Of a stretch of DNA of 64,000 bases, positions 49,498 to 63,132 are shown piece after piece; positions within the stretch are counted from its first letter, which is position 1, and each line of letters opens with the position of its first letter. The notes below the pieces were generated by a model. The model was not told the DNA's origin, did not search any database, and saw only the letters and a list, made by a program, of their open reading frames with translations. The stretch is from Malacoraja senta (taxonomy: Eukaryota): contig CM075977.1 in NCBI GenBank assembly GCA_038087875.1, positions 271,188,001 through 271,252,000 of the forward strand, given 5' to 3'. A program made the position numbers and the translations under genes.

Positions 49498-49969
49498 GCT
49501 AAACACACTGTTTGTACAGTATCTTTTGCATGTCTTTGCTTGTACTACTGTCTGTATACAACAGTCCATCAGTGAGTTTGCACATGTTGATGAAAGGTGT
49601 TTATCTGCAGCAGAGAAAGTTGCAAAGAATTGGTTCAATCGCCTATGCTTCTTTTCATGATGAGAAATAAATCTGAAGAAATGGTATTCAGGTTGATGAT
49701 GGTCGCAACACTAGGACTGTACTCCTGGCCCTAACATCTTCTTATGATATAAGCTGGAAGTGACAGTTCTTGTTCCAACTCTCCAGGCTGTTGCAATCTG
49801 CCAGCTTGATTTGCCAAGTGGACACATTTAATCAAACTCAAAATTCAGGGTCCACATGCGGGATTAGCTGACCAAACGTTTTTCTCAGTAATGATGAGCA
49901 TGAAACCACTGGATCGTCATTACGTATTCCATCTGGTTTAATAATATCCTCGGAAATAAATCCACCTTC

Positions 49970-50129
49970 NNNNNNNNNNNNNNNNNNNNNNNNNNNNNNN
50001 NNNNNNNNNNNNNNNNNNNNNNNNNNNNNNNNNNNNNNNNNNNNNNNNNNNNNNNNNNNNNNNNNNNNNNNNNNNNNNNNNNNNNNNNNNNNNNNNNNNN
50101 NNNNNNNNNNNNNNNNNNNNNNNNNNNNN
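49970..50129. other. Assembly gap (160 N)
   Basis: Run of N, followed by (TA)n and poly-G low complexity. Confidence 0.99.
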
Positions 50130-50825
50130 GAAGGTGGATTTATATATGTATATATATATATATATATATATAAGGTGGGGGGGGGGGGGGAAATATATAT
50201 ATATAGATAAATATATATATATAATGATTCCAAATGCAGAATAGAGTGGTTGACTTATAACTGCCTTTTGAAATGCTTAATAAGGATTCATATCCGCTAC
50301 ATTAAAGCGGAAAATGGATAAATCCAGATAGACCACCCAACATTGACTTAAGCATCAAATTTGGATAAAGCAAGATTGCAAAGACCTCCTCATAAATTTC
50401 AGGTGTCTAAATTGAGAAAGCTGTCAGGGGCATGCCAGGAACACTTGACTTCAGACCTGATTCCTAAGGAATTTGTTAAATGTTGCAGGATAAATGGAAC
50501 ATGGGAAGTAGAGATAAAGCACAACCATCTGTATTTCAGCCTTACCTAACTTTCTGCAACATCACTCTGAATATATTCTGATACTGATGATGATGCTCTG
50601 TTGAAATGTCTGATGTGGGCAAATGGATTACTCAGCTTCCCACATCCATGCTGTATGACATCTGATCTAAATTTCACAGTGAGAACATTTTGTTTCAAAG
50701 CATGCGTTGTCATGGAAATACCTTCCTCTTCCAGGGTAATAAAGAATTGTTATGCCACATTATTGGGCTATTAAATAATGGAACAAACTTAAAAGGAATC
50801 CCAAGACAGAGTGTGATATTTGGTA

Positions 50826-51027
50826 GAACAGCACGACAGACAGCATCTCTGGAGAAAAGGAATGGGTGACATTTCGGGTCGAGACCCTTCTTCAGACTTC
50901 TGACGAAGGGTCTCAACCCGAAACGGCACCCGTTCCTTCTCTATAGAGATGCTGCCTGTCCCGCTGAGTTACTGCAGTTTTTGTGACTATCTTTGGTTTA
51001 AACCAGCATCTGCAGTACCTTTCTACA
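50826..51027. mobile_element. Short Penelope-derived fold-back insertion with two back-to-back hammerhead-like cores
   Basis: ...tttcgggtcgagacccttcttcag-actt-ctgacgaagggtctcaacccgaaac...; TSD-like atatttggta on both sides. Confidence 0.82.
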
Positions 51028-51439
51028 TATTTGGTAAAGTTTGGTAATAATAGACTGCACTTTGGTATCTTTCTCTTTGTTCCACCTTTAGTACTTGTAA
51101 TTGGCTTGATTGTATTCATGGATAGTGTTATCAGATTTGATAGGATAGCACACAAATGACAGCTTTTTGCTCTACTTCAGTAAATGTGTCAATAATAAAT
51201 CTAAACCCAATACATCAGTGCACAAAATAGACATAAAAAGCTGGAGTAACTCAGCAGGACAGGCAGCATCTCTGGAGAGAAGGAATGGGTGACATTTCGT
51301 GTCGTGACCCTTCTTCAAGGTGCAAGGATATCTTTAGTTTAAAACAGCATCTGCAGTTCCTTCATACACACTTCAGTGCAGAAGATTGTTTCTGACTGAG
51401 ATTTGGTCATTTACCACTTAGCCCGGGGAAAGTGAACGT

Positions 51440-52960
51440 TGTTGACATCATCCTTTTTTCAAAACTCTTTAGATTCTGGAGTAGTTCCTGAGGACTGGAG
51501 GGTAGCTAATGTAACCCCACTTTTTAAAATTGGAGGGAGAGAGAAAACGGGGAATTACAGACCAGTTAGTCTAACATCGGTGGAGGGGAAAATTCTGGAG
51601 TCAGTTATTAAAGATGGGATAGCAGCACATTTGGAAAGTGGTGAATTCATTGGACAAAGTCAGCATGGATTTATGAAAGGTAAATCATGTCTGATGAACC
51701 TTATAGAATTTTTCGAGGATGTAACTAGTAGAGTGGATAAGGGAGAACCAGTGGATGTGTTATATCTGGACTTTCAGAAGGCTTTCGACAAGGTCCCATA
51801 TAAGAGATTAGTATGCAAACTTAAAGCACAAGGTATTGGGGGTTCAGTATTGATGTGGATAGAGAACTGGCTGGCAGACAGGAAGCAAAGAGTAGGAGTA
51901 AACGGGTCCTTTTCAGAATGGCAGGCAGTGACTAGTGGGGTACCGCAAGGCTCAGTGCTGGGACCCCAGCTATTTAGAATATATATTAATGATCTGGATG
52001 AGGGAATTGAATGCAACATCTCCATGCGGATGACACGAAGCTGGGGGGCAGTGTTAGCTGTGAGGAGGATGCTAGGAGGCTGCAAGGTGACTTGGATAGG
52101 TTGGGTGAGTGGGCAAATGCATGGCAGATGCAGTATAATGTGGATAAATGTGAGGTTATCCACTTTGATGGCAAAAACAGGAAAGTAGACTATTATCTGA
52201 ATGGTGGCCGATTAGGAAAAGGGGAGATCCAACGAGACCTGGGTGTCATGGTACACCAGTCATTGAAAGTAGGCATGCAGGTGCAGCAGGCAGTGAAGAA
52301 AGCAAATGGTATATCAGCATTCATAGCAAAAGGGTTTGAGTATAAGAGCAGGGAGGTTCTACTGCAGTTGTACAGGGTCTTGGTGAGACCACACCTGGAG
52401 TATTGCATATAGTTTTGGTCTCCTAATCTGAGGAAAGACATTCTTGCCATAGAGGGAGTACAGAGAAGGTTCACCAGACTGATTCCTGGGATGTCAGGAC
52501 TTTCATATGAAGAAAGACTGGATAGACTCGGCTTGTACACGCTAGAATTTAGAAGATTGAGGGGAGATCTTATAGAAACTTACAAAATTCTTAAGGGGTT
52601 GGACAGGCTAGATGCAGGAAGATTATTCCCGATGTTGGGGAAGTCCAGAACTAGGGGTCACAGTTTAAGGATAAGAGGGAAGTCTTTTAGGACCGAGATG
52701 AGAAAATCATTTTTTACACAGAGAGTTGTGAATCTGTGGAATTCTCTGCCACAGAAGGTAGTTGAGGCCAGTTCATTGGCTATATTTAAGAGGGAGTTAG
52801 ATGTGGCCCTTGTGGCTAAAGGGGTCAGGGGGTATGGAGAGAAGGCAGGGATGGGATACTGAGTTGGATGATCAGCCATGATCATATCGAATGGCGGTGC
52901 AGGTTCGAAGGGCCGAATGGCCTACTCCTGCACCTATTTTCTATGTTTCTATGTTTCTAT
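51440..52960 (+). mobile_element. CR1 (HER1-like) LINE 3' 1.5 kb, relatively young
   Basis: 249-aa ORF with [47 protein letters not shown]; complete 3'UTR and (ttctatgt)n tail. Confidence 0.95.
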
Positions 52961-53769
52961 CCAGCGTTTAATATATAACCATACTGCAGATAGACACAAA
53001 ATGCTGGAGGAACTCAGCGGGTCAGACAGCATATCTGAAGAAAAGGAATACTGCAGAGGTCAGCATAGATAATGCAAGGCAGAGGTGTACACGGGAGTTT
53101 AAATATAACGTGATCACCGAGGGAAACCTTTAAACATACATCTGCACAAGTCACATTGGTATATAATCTTAAAATGCTTCATGGTAATGAGGGAACATGT
53201 GTGCAGGTGGGGTGCCAAACTTGTCATTCTGCACCCTGAACCTCTGTGTTTGCCCTGATACAATTTTTTCAAATTAAATATTTCATTGTCACAATGTCGT
53301 TTTGCATGTGATTGCCAACCAGCAACTGTTATCCAATGCACAATGCCTGCATTACAAACTCAATTGGAAAGGTGCAAGTGGCAGCTGGTCCGATCTCACA
53401 AGATTGTTTGAATGGGATAATTGCCACATAAATCAGTAAAATAGTTTGCAGTGATCAGAAAAACAAAATGTCAAATTGTTAATGTGGAATCATAAGACTT
53501 CGGTGCTGGTTCAGTGATATCATGTGTATTACGTCATCTGCAGCAAACAGGGAGTGGTGGGGTAGTGAGGTGGGCTTCGTTTTCTTTCATTCTGGTGATC
53601 TGCCGAAAGGAAGTTGCACTGTGTGAAAATTGGAAAACTTGTGTGGGGATTCTGATGTGATTAACCCACACTGGTTTGTCCTGGTGCCGTGTCACATGTA
53701 AAATTCCTATTTTATATAATCATGCTTTTGCAGTTTGCTTTGCTTTTTTACTTGTGGACATTTTTCATC

Positions 53770-53948
53770 AGGCTAGAAAAACGCCCCGACCTACCTGATG
53801 CCTACTTGAGTACCTACGACTAGCATCACAACCTACATACGACCTAGCTACGACCTCCAATGACCTCTTGACGACCATGCTACGAGTATGAGTCAAGGGC
53901 AAACTCAGCAGAGGTCGTGAATTAGGTCGTGAAAGTGGGACAGGTCCT
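53770..53948. mobile_element. PIF/Harbinger-type MITE, right end only
   Basis: Ends gtgaaagtgggacaggtcct + TAA; ctacga repeats similar to the 41027 element. Confidence 0.65.
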
Positions 53949-54069
53949 TAATGCTGCTATATTCATTGCCTCCCACCACTGGTAGAAGTGGTTGGAGGCA
54001 ATGAATATATATTGCCTTTTAAGAGGTGCAAGCGAGCAATTGGTTTAGTTCACAACATTGCATCCTCTA

Positions 54070-54835
54070 CATAAGGGCAGAGAAATTGCAGATGGAATTC
54101 AACCCGAGCAATTGTGAGGTGTTACACTTTGGGAGGTTGAATGTAAGGAGAGAGTATACAGTTAATGGCAATGCCCTTCACAGTATTCCTGTGCAGATGG
54201 ATCTTGGAGTCCAAGTTCATAGCTCACTGAAGGTGGCAACACAGGTAGTTAGGGTGGTCAAAAAGACATACGGTATGCCTGCCGTCATTGCTAGGGACAT
54301 TGAATGCAAAAGTCATGTTGTCATAATGCAGCTCTAGAGGACTTATTAAGCCACATTTGGAATATTGCGTGCTGTCCTGGACGCCCGTTACAGGAAAGAT
54401 GTGGAAGATTCGGAGAGTGTGTAGACGAGGTTTACCAGTTAGAGGATTTCAGTTACACTTGGATTGTTTTCTCTGGAACGTTGAAGGTTGAGTGGAGACG
54501 ATAGAAATATGTAACATTATGAGAGGCATAGATAGGGTACTCAATCAGAACTTTTTTCCAAGGTGGAAATGTCTAACAATAGAGGGCATAGGTATAAAGT
54601 GAGAGGGAAAAGTTTATGCGTTAGTTTATACGGTAAGTTTTTACACATGTCCAGGGGTGGTGGTGGAGGCAGATATAACAGTGGTGTTTAAGAGGCTTTT
54701 GGATAGATGCATGGAAGTGCAAGGAATTAAGGGATGTGGATCATGTGCAGGCAGATGTGATATGTTCAGCTAGGCATCATGTTCAGCACAAACATTGTGG
54801 GTCAAAGGGCCCATTCCTGTACTATACTGTTCTAT
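54070..54835 (+). mobile_element. Old CR1 3' fragment
   Basis: QMEFNPSNCEVLHFGRLN...DLGVQVHSSLKVATQVVRVVKK. Confidence 0.82.
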
Positions 54836-55399
54836 CGATGTAATATTGCAATAAAGATGAATTATTGCAGACTCCAGCCTGTAATAACAGGATATAGGAA
54901 GTTAGTGGGGACGTCCAAGTGCGTACACCTTGATGGGAATCGTATGAACCTTGGTGGAGGAGAGAGGACATCTTAACGACCAGCAAACCTTTTTAAACAA
55001 TAATGAATTAACAATGAGAAGAGATTATATTCAACATTAATGATATGATAAGATACATTACAATTGTACTTATCCCAGAAGGAAATTGGCCTACTGACAG
55101 TCAAAATATCCAGTTACAAGGCATTGAAAGTGTCATGTGAAATGTAGTCGAGTAAAGAAACAAACAGGAAATGGGGGAAGATGTTTAATGATCTGCCAAA
55201 TATTTAATAATGTCACATACCTGACCAAGATCAGAAAATACATGAATAAATTCCATCAGTCAGAAACTGCAGATCTGGACTCGCACAACTCCATCTTCTA
55301 CCCAAGTACAATATTTTTAAATGACATCACTTATTACACTTCAAATGTTCCACCATAGCCTCACACATTTACCATTACTTCCATTCCCCTCAATTAATA

Positions 55400-56360
55400 A
55401 TCTCCTCTTCCTGGTGGAATTTGTCCTCACCTCAACAAATTTTCTTTTGACTCCTCTCACCTTATTTGAGTCAAAGACATAGCCACAGGATTTGTATGGG
55501 CCTTAAGTGCAATTCTCTTGTCATTTGCTGCATTGAACACTTATTGTTCTAAACATAATGTGTAGGGAGGAACTGCAGATGCCGATTTACACTGAAGACA
55601 GACACAAAATGCTGGAGTAACTTAGCGGGACTGGCAACATCTCTGGAGAGAAGGAATAGGTGACGTTTCGGGTCGAGAAACTTCTTCAGACTCAACCCGA
55701 AATGTCATCCAGAGATGCTGCCTGTGCCCCTGAGTTACTACAGCAATTTGTGTCTATATTTGTTCCAAATATACCCTGGCAGCACTCTCCAACTCTTTCT
55801 CTGGTACATAATTGACTGCATTGGGGCTGCCCCCTGCCCCCATTCAGAACTAGTCAATTTAATCAACTTCACCACCAACCTCTAATTCACTTGACACTCT
55901 GACACCTCTCTCCACTTGATCTCTCTGCCTCCATCTCAAACTGACTGACTCCAACAGCTACCTAGACTATGTTTTCTCCCACCTTGTCTTTTGCAAGAAG
56001 GCCGTCTCTTTTCACAGTTTATCCATCTCCGCTGCATTTAATCTGAAGCTGAGGCTTTCCATTCTGGGACATCTGAGAGGTCTTCTTCCTTCAGGTAAGG
56101 TAGATCCCCACTGCAGTTATTGACGTACCTCTCGCCCACGTCACCTCCTTTTCCCGCAATTCTTCTCTTGCCCTCCTTCACCCCCAGACGAAATACGGGT
56201 AGATTTTCCCTGGTCCTCACTTTTCACCCCACTAGCCTTCACATTCAACACACCATTCTCCAAAATTGCCTCCTGCTTCAACGTAAACCCACCGCCAGCC
56301 ACGTCTTCCACTCCTCAAATTGTTCTGTCTTCCGCAGAGACCACTCTCTGTGATTCCTTG
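55400..56360 (+). mobile_element. Old Penelope RT-region remnant with nested short Penelope fold-back insert (about 55558-55757)
   Basis: Degenerate colinearity with 19850-20640; SLVLTFHPTSLHIQ. Confidence 0.7.
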
Positions 56361-56537
56361 TTTCCTTAGGTCATGAGGAATAGGAGTAGTTAGGCCACTC
56401 GGACCATTCATTAAAGGCTGATCTATCTCTCCCTCCTAACCCCATTCTCCTGCCTTCTTCCGATAACCTCTGACACCTGTACTAATCAAGAAACTATCTA
56501 TCTCTGCCTTTAAAATATCCATCGACTTGACCTTCAT

Positions 56538-57505
56538 GTATATTTACAATATACATTAATGATTTAGATGTAGGGATTAAAAGTAACATTAGCAAATTTA
56601 CAGATGATACAAAGCTGGGTGGCAGTGTGAGCTGTGAAGAGGATGCTATGAGGATGCAGGGTGACTTGGACAGGTTGGGTGAGTGGGCAGATGGATGGCA
56701 GATAGTTTAATGTGGATATATGTGAGGTTATCCACTTTGGTGGCAAGAACAGGAAGGCAGATTATTATCTGAATGGTGTCAAGTTAGGAAAAGGGGAAGT
56801 ACAACAAGATCTGGATGTCCTTGTACATCAGTCACTGAAAGTGAGCATGCAGTGAAGAAAGCGAATAGCATGTTGGCCTTCATAACAAGAGGAGTTGAGT
56901 ATAGGAGCAAAGAGGTCATTCTGCAGTTGTACAGGGCCCTGGTGAGACCACACCTGGAGTATTGTGTGCAGTTTTGGTCTCCAAATTTGAGGAAGGACAT
57001 TCTTGCTATTGAGGGAGTGCAGCGTAGGTGCACGAGGTTAATTCCTGGGATGGCTGGACTGTCATATGTTGAAAGAATGGAGCGACTGGGCTTGTATACA
57101 CTGGAATTTAGAAGGATGAGAGGGTAACATTGAAACTTATAAGATTATTAAGGAATTGGACATGCTAGAGGCAGGAAACATGTTCCCAATGTTGGGGGAG
57201 TGCAGAACCAGGGGCCACAGTTTAAGAATAAGGGTTAGGCCATTTAGAACGGAGATGAGGAAACACTTTTTCACCCAGAGAGTTGTGAATCTGTGGAATT
57301 CTCTGCCTCAGAAGGCAGTGGAAGCCGATTCTCTGGATGCTTTCAAGAGAGAGTTAGATAGAGCTCTTTAAGATAGCAGAGTTAAGGGATATGGGGAGAA
57401 GGCAGGAACGGGGTACTGATTGTGGATGATCAGCCATGATCACAGTGAATGGTAGTGCTGGCTCGAAGGGCCGAATGGCCTACTCCTGCACCTATTGTCT
57501 ATTGC
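56538..57505 (+). mobile_element. CR1 LINE 3' fragment
   Basis: KKANSMLAFITRGVEYRSKEVILQLYRALVRPHLEYCVQFWSP; 3' tail; abutted by minus-strand CR1 pieces (56368-56535, 57505-57640). Confidence 0.92.
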
Positions 57506-58196
57506 CTCTGCAGCCTTCTGTGGCAAAGAATTCCACAGATTCACCACCCTCTGACTAAACAAATTTCTCCGCATCTCCTCCCTAAAAGAACGTCCTTTAA
57601 TTCTGAGGCTATGACCTCTAGTTCTAGACTCTCCCACTTGTTCATTCTTCCCCTCCCACTCATCTCCCTGCCCAGGCACGTTCCCCAGCAACTGCAGGAG
57701 GAGCAACACCTCTCCCTACATTTCATAACATGATGTCTTCTAGCTTACTCAGATGGAGTAAGCTTGCCTCTCTTAATAACCCTCCCCATCCCACGACTCA
57801 ATCTCTGAATATTTTTCCTTTCCGATAGCTAAGATGTCCAATCTAGCCAGACAATAGCTTTTGAGTAGAAATGGATCAAGAGCAGGACATACCTATGGTC
57901 CTTTATATGTATGGTTGCCGAATTTGATATAGGTTGTATTGTAGTAACTCCTTGCAGCTGGGGTAAGTGTGACCCTGGTCCTAGTGTCATGGAGGGCGCT
58001 GCCTATGATCATATTGAATGGCGGTGCAGGCTCGAAGGGCCGAATGGCCTACTCCTGCACCTATTATCTATGTTTCTATGTTTCTATGTGCTCTGTTCCT
58101 TAAGACTATGGTAGGGGCTTTAGTTTTTTATTGTTATCATTGCACTATATTGGGGGTTTTTATGTGTGTGTGTGTGTGTATGCGTGTTATACACTG

Positions 58197-58197
<1 letters not shown>

Positions 58198-58238
<41 letters not shown>
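58198..58238. repeat. (TA)n microsatellite, with (TG)n nearby
   Basis: Direct reading. Confidence 0.95.
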
Positions 58239-58242
<4 letters not shown>

Positions 58243-59639
58243 TGAGTATGTGTATATCTACACACACTGAACTTTTTTTTTCTCTTGTTTATTATATTGT
58301 TTATAGTGTACTATGTTTACATATTCCATTGTGCTGCTGCAAGTAAGAATTTCATTGCTCAATCTGGGACATATGACAATAAAACACTCTTGACTCTCTC
58401 TCTCTCTTGACTCTTAGTGGCACCCAGATGCTGAAGGTCACAGATGGCAGATTTGGTGATGCTGCCTGAAATCCGATGTGAAATGTCAAATATAGAAGCT
58501 GCTCAACATGTTAACATACAAAGAAGGCATGCATGAATTAGTGATTAGTTGATGATTGCTTAACTTTGCTGGTTACAGAGAGACAGCATTTGAAAAAAAA
58601 ATCTGTGATAATATATGAGTATTATTCATTTTATGATTATCCCATCTGACCTTGATAAAATACTTTGAAGCCATTTTATAGAGTCATAGATTCATATAAT
58701 ATCCCAAAGCGGTAGAGCTTATAGGTCTATGGTAGATTCTGGGGGTGTTGATGAGAATATGGTGGAAAGAGAAAACATGGGATTAATGCATGATTAGTGT
58801 AAATGGGTGGTTGATGGCTGGTACAGACTTGGTGGGCTGAAGGGCCTGTTTTAGCACTGTATCTCTCCACGATACGATGACCCCATCACTCTATCGTAGG
58901 TGCCAATTATATTCGCAATGGCAACGAATAAAATTAGGTTTCTTGAATATTACTTGAGTGACATACATGCAGACAGAGTAGAATATTTCATTACACTCTG
59001 ACATGTGGCTTGTAAATATTGAAAGGGCTTTTCAGTCACGAGTTGAATCTCTTGATAAAGAATACACATGTTCTTGATGTGCTTTTGCCCCAAATGTAAT
59101 GATATGTCTGGTGTAGCTAATTTTCTGTTTAATGGTGACCCCAGATGTTGATGCTGGTATCAGGTATCATCGCACTGAAAATTAAAGGGAAATAGCTAGA
59201 CTCTTGCTGGAGATAATTATATCCTGGTGCTTGAATGGCAAGAATGTTCCAAAGGCAAATGATTGCAAAGAAAGAAAATGTGAAATTGAAGCAAAAATAT
59301 TTAGCAGGCTAGGCAGCATCAGTGGGGTAGCTAACTGTGCCTCTTTATTTGGGCTGGTTAGCTGTACAGACAAAAGCATGGGGGACAGTTTATGTGGCAT
59401 AATCCCAGCAACTGATCAAAAGTCTAGTAGCTCAGAATGCCTAAGAGAACCCTGTCTCTGAAGGTACATGTTGTTAGAATAGAGTGACAGAGAGAGAAAT
59501 ATAGAAACATTAACTATTCATAGAGCTATAATATCCATAACAATCTCACAAAATTATTTAATCAAAATTTGCTGAAAAAACATCCTCAGAATGAATATTT
59601 CAGTCTGCAAATGAATTAAATGGCTGCATGACTGCCTTG

Positions 59640-60695
59640 AGAGTCGTCAGCATTGCAGTTGAGGTGCTGAAGGTCCTGACGCGTATGAAGGTAGACAATT
59701 CTCCTGGGCCTGTTCAGATATTTGAGGACACTGTGGGAAGCTAGAGAGGAAATTGCGGGAGCTGTGGCTGAGATTTATGAGTCGACATTAAATGGAGGCG
59801 AGGTGCCGGATGACTGGAAGGTGGAAAATGTAGTGCCTATATTCAAGAAAGGTTGCAGGGAAAGGGCTGGGAACTACACGCCAGTGAGATTAACATCGGT
59901 GTTTGGAAAATCACCACAGAGTATTCTAATGGATAGGATATGCATGCACTTGGATGGGCAATGGATGATTAGGGATAGTCAGCATGGATATGTACATGGG
60001 AGGTCTCTTCTCACAAATCCGATTGAGTTTTTTGATGAAGTGACCAGAAAGGTTCATAAAGGCAGAGTTATAGACATTGCATATGTAGATTTCAGTATGC
60101 CATACCCCAAGATTCAATATGGTAGGCTGCTCTGGAAGGTTAGATCCTTTGGGAGCGCTGAATGGATAGAAAATTGGCTTTAGGGAAGGAAGCAGAGAGT
60201 GATGGTGGAAGGTAGCTTTTCGGACTGGAGACCTATGACTTGTGGTGTGCCTCAGGGTTTGGTGCTGGGCCCATTGCTGTTTGTCATCTATATCAATGAT
60301 TTGGATGAGAACATATATGGCATGGTTAGCAAGTTTGCAGATTACACTAAAGTGGGTGGTATTGTAGATAGTGAAGATGATTGTCAAAAATTACAGCAGG
60401 ATCTTGATCGGTTGGGCAGGTGGGCTGAGGAATGGTTGTTGGAATTTAATGCTGAGAAATGTGAGGCATTGCATTTTGGAAGACTAACATGCGCAGGATT
60501 TATATAGTGAATGGTAGGGTTCTGGAGAGTGTTGTAACGCAATGTTTAAGAAGCATTTAGTCACGTAGCTGGATAGGACAGGTTTAGAGGGATATTGGCC
60601 AAATGCAGGCACGTGGGACCAGTGTAGATGGGACAGGTTGGCTGGTGTGGGTAAGTGGGCTGAAGGGCCTGTTTGCACTCTGTATGATTCTATAT
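59640..60695 (+). mobile_element. CR1 LINE fragment with internal deletion
   Basis: EVPDDWKVENVVPIFKKG, GVPQGLVLGPLLFVIYINDLD, SKFADYTK. Confidence 0.9.
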
Positions 60696-61299
60696 TGAAG
60701 CCATACATTTGAAAAGTGAGCAGGTATTAAAACATTTTTCTTATTTCACGACTCAGAATGCCGCATATCCTGAACATTTTATTTCATGAAAAAAGATTTC
60801 CCACTTGAAACATTTAAAAAAAAATGATTATTGAAATTGTGTTTTAACACCTGGAATGTTAGAAATTATAACTTTGTAATATTATATCAGAAAGGAGACA
60901 CAGAAAACAGACAGGATAGGAGGTAAGCCTGCATGCTCAAGTCAGCTGGGGAGGAGGAGTGTGACATTTCTTGTTAAATGAAAGAGAAGGCACAATTGTG
61001 GCTGGGGTGTGATTCTGAAAGAGGTGACCTGGTCAGCCACCAGAAGCTGTCTCTCGAAGATAGACACAAAATGCTGGAGTAACTCACCGGGACAGGCAGC
61101 ATCTCTGGAGGGAAGGAATGGGTGACATTTCGGGTCGAGACCCTTCTTCAGCCTGATGTCAGGGGAGAGGACGGTACAGAGATAAAATGTAGTTGGAGAC
61201 AGTAAGACTGGTCAGATAACTGGGAAGGGGGAGGGGACGGAGAAAGAGGGGATGCAAGGGCTACTTGAAGTTAAAGTCAATGTTCATACCGCTGGGGTG

Positions 61300-62107
61300 T
61301 AGAGCAGAGGGAGCTAGGAATGCAGGTACCTAGTTTGTTGAAAGTGGCATCACAGGTAGATAGGGTGGTCAAAAAGGCTTTTGGCACACTAGTCTTCATC
61401 AGTCAATTGAGTATAGAAGTTGGGAGGTCATGTTGCAGTTATAAAAAACATTAGTGAGGCCACATTTAGAGTATTGTTTAAGAAAGAACTGCAGATGCTA
61501 GAAAAATTGAAGGTGGACAAAATGTACTGGAGAAACTCAACGGGTGAGGCAGCATCCATGGAGAGAAAGAGTTGGCGACGTTTCGGGTCCAGACCCTTCT
61601 TCAGACCTTTAGATTATTCTTTAGTATTGTGTTCAGTTTTAGGCACAATGTTATAGGAAAGATGTTGTGAAGCTTTAAAGGGTGCAGAGAAGATTTACGA
61701 GGATGTTGCCAGGACTCAAGGGCCTGAGCCATATGGAGAGGTTGAGGAGGCTAGGACTTTATTCCTTGAAGCACAGGTGGATGAGGGGTGATCTTATAGA
61801 GGTGCACAAAATCATGAGAAGAATAGATTGGGTAGGTGCACAGAGTCTCTTGGCCAGAGTAGGGGAATCAAGGACCAGAGAAGCAAGAACGAATCTGTGG
61901 AATTCTCTGCCACAGAAGGAAGTGGAGGCCAATTCACTGGATGTTTTTAAGAGAGAGTTAGATTTAGCTCTTAGGGCTAAAGGAATCAAGGGATATGGTG
62001 AAAAAGCAAGAACTGATTTTAGATGATCAGCCATGATTAGATTGAATGGCAGTGCTGGCTTGAAGGGCCGAATGGCCTACTCCTGCACATATTTTCTATG
62101 TTTCTAT
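61300..62107 (+). mobile_element. CR1 3' fragments (two subfamilies joined) with Penelope-derived insert (about 61476-61606)
   Basis: QRRFTRMLPGL...RGDLIEV; switch of subfamily near 61880. Confidence 0.8.
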
Positions 62108-62740
62108 GATTGATCCTTGAGACACTCTTGAGCAGAGTTTCGCTCGTGGCAAAGAGGGTTGCAGAGGAATAGAAGACATAAGTGTCAGTTGTTGCATTGC
62201 ATTCACTGCAGAAAGAAAAACAAAATTAACATGGAGAGAAGGAATGTGTGACGTTTCGGGGTCGAGACCATTCTCAACCCGAAACATCATCCATTCCTTC
62301 TCTCCAGAGATGCTGCCTGTCCCGCTGTCCCACTCCAGCTTTTTGTGTCTATCTTCGGTTTAAACTAGCATCTGCAGTTCCTTCTTAAACAGAATCAACA
62401 TGACAGGTTGCTGACTTTTTGTTAGTTGTTACGAAGTCAATGAGTTTGTTTTAATGGGATTGATGGATTACTGAGAATCAAGGGATATGGGTTAATGCAG
62501 GAAAATTAAACAGTGGTGGAAGATTAGCCTCAATCTTTAATGGTGAAGCAGACATGAAGAACCAGATGGCCAACACCTGCTGAAAATTCCTTATGGTCTG
62601 ATGTTTCAAACATTTTTCATCAAATTTCTGCCAGATGGATTGACAGGGTTACCTATTGAATGTGAAGTCTGCGAAATGTGTGCAGTTTCTGGATGGAGTA
62701 CAGCTTAAATGGAAAGGACAGATTACAAAGCTGGTATGTG

Positions 62741-63132
62741 TGGGAAGGAACTGCAGATGCTGGTTAGCAAAAAAGATAGACACAAAATGCTGGAGTAACT
62801 CAGTGGGACTGGCAGCATCTCTGGAGAGAAGGAGTGGGTGACATTTTAGGTCGAGACATAGATACATCGATACATAGGCGATAGGTGCAGGAGTAGGCCA
62901 TTCGGCCCTTTGAGCCTGCACCGCCATTCAATGTGATCATGGCTGATCATCCACATTAGTAGCCCGTTCTTGCCTTCTCCCCATACCCCTTGATCCGCTA
63001 GCCCTAAGTGCTCTATCAAACTCTCTTTTGAATGCAGAGTATTCCACAGATTCACAACTCTCTGGGTGAAAACGTTTTTCCTCATCTCCGTTCTAAATGG
63101 CTGACCCCTTATTATTAAAACCCTTCTTCAGC
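62741..63132 (-). mobile_element. Short Penelope-derived insertion containing a nested CR1 3' fragment (about 62857-63120)
   Basis: 15-bp TSD caaagctggtatgtg 62726-62740 / 63133-63147. Confidence 0.85.
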
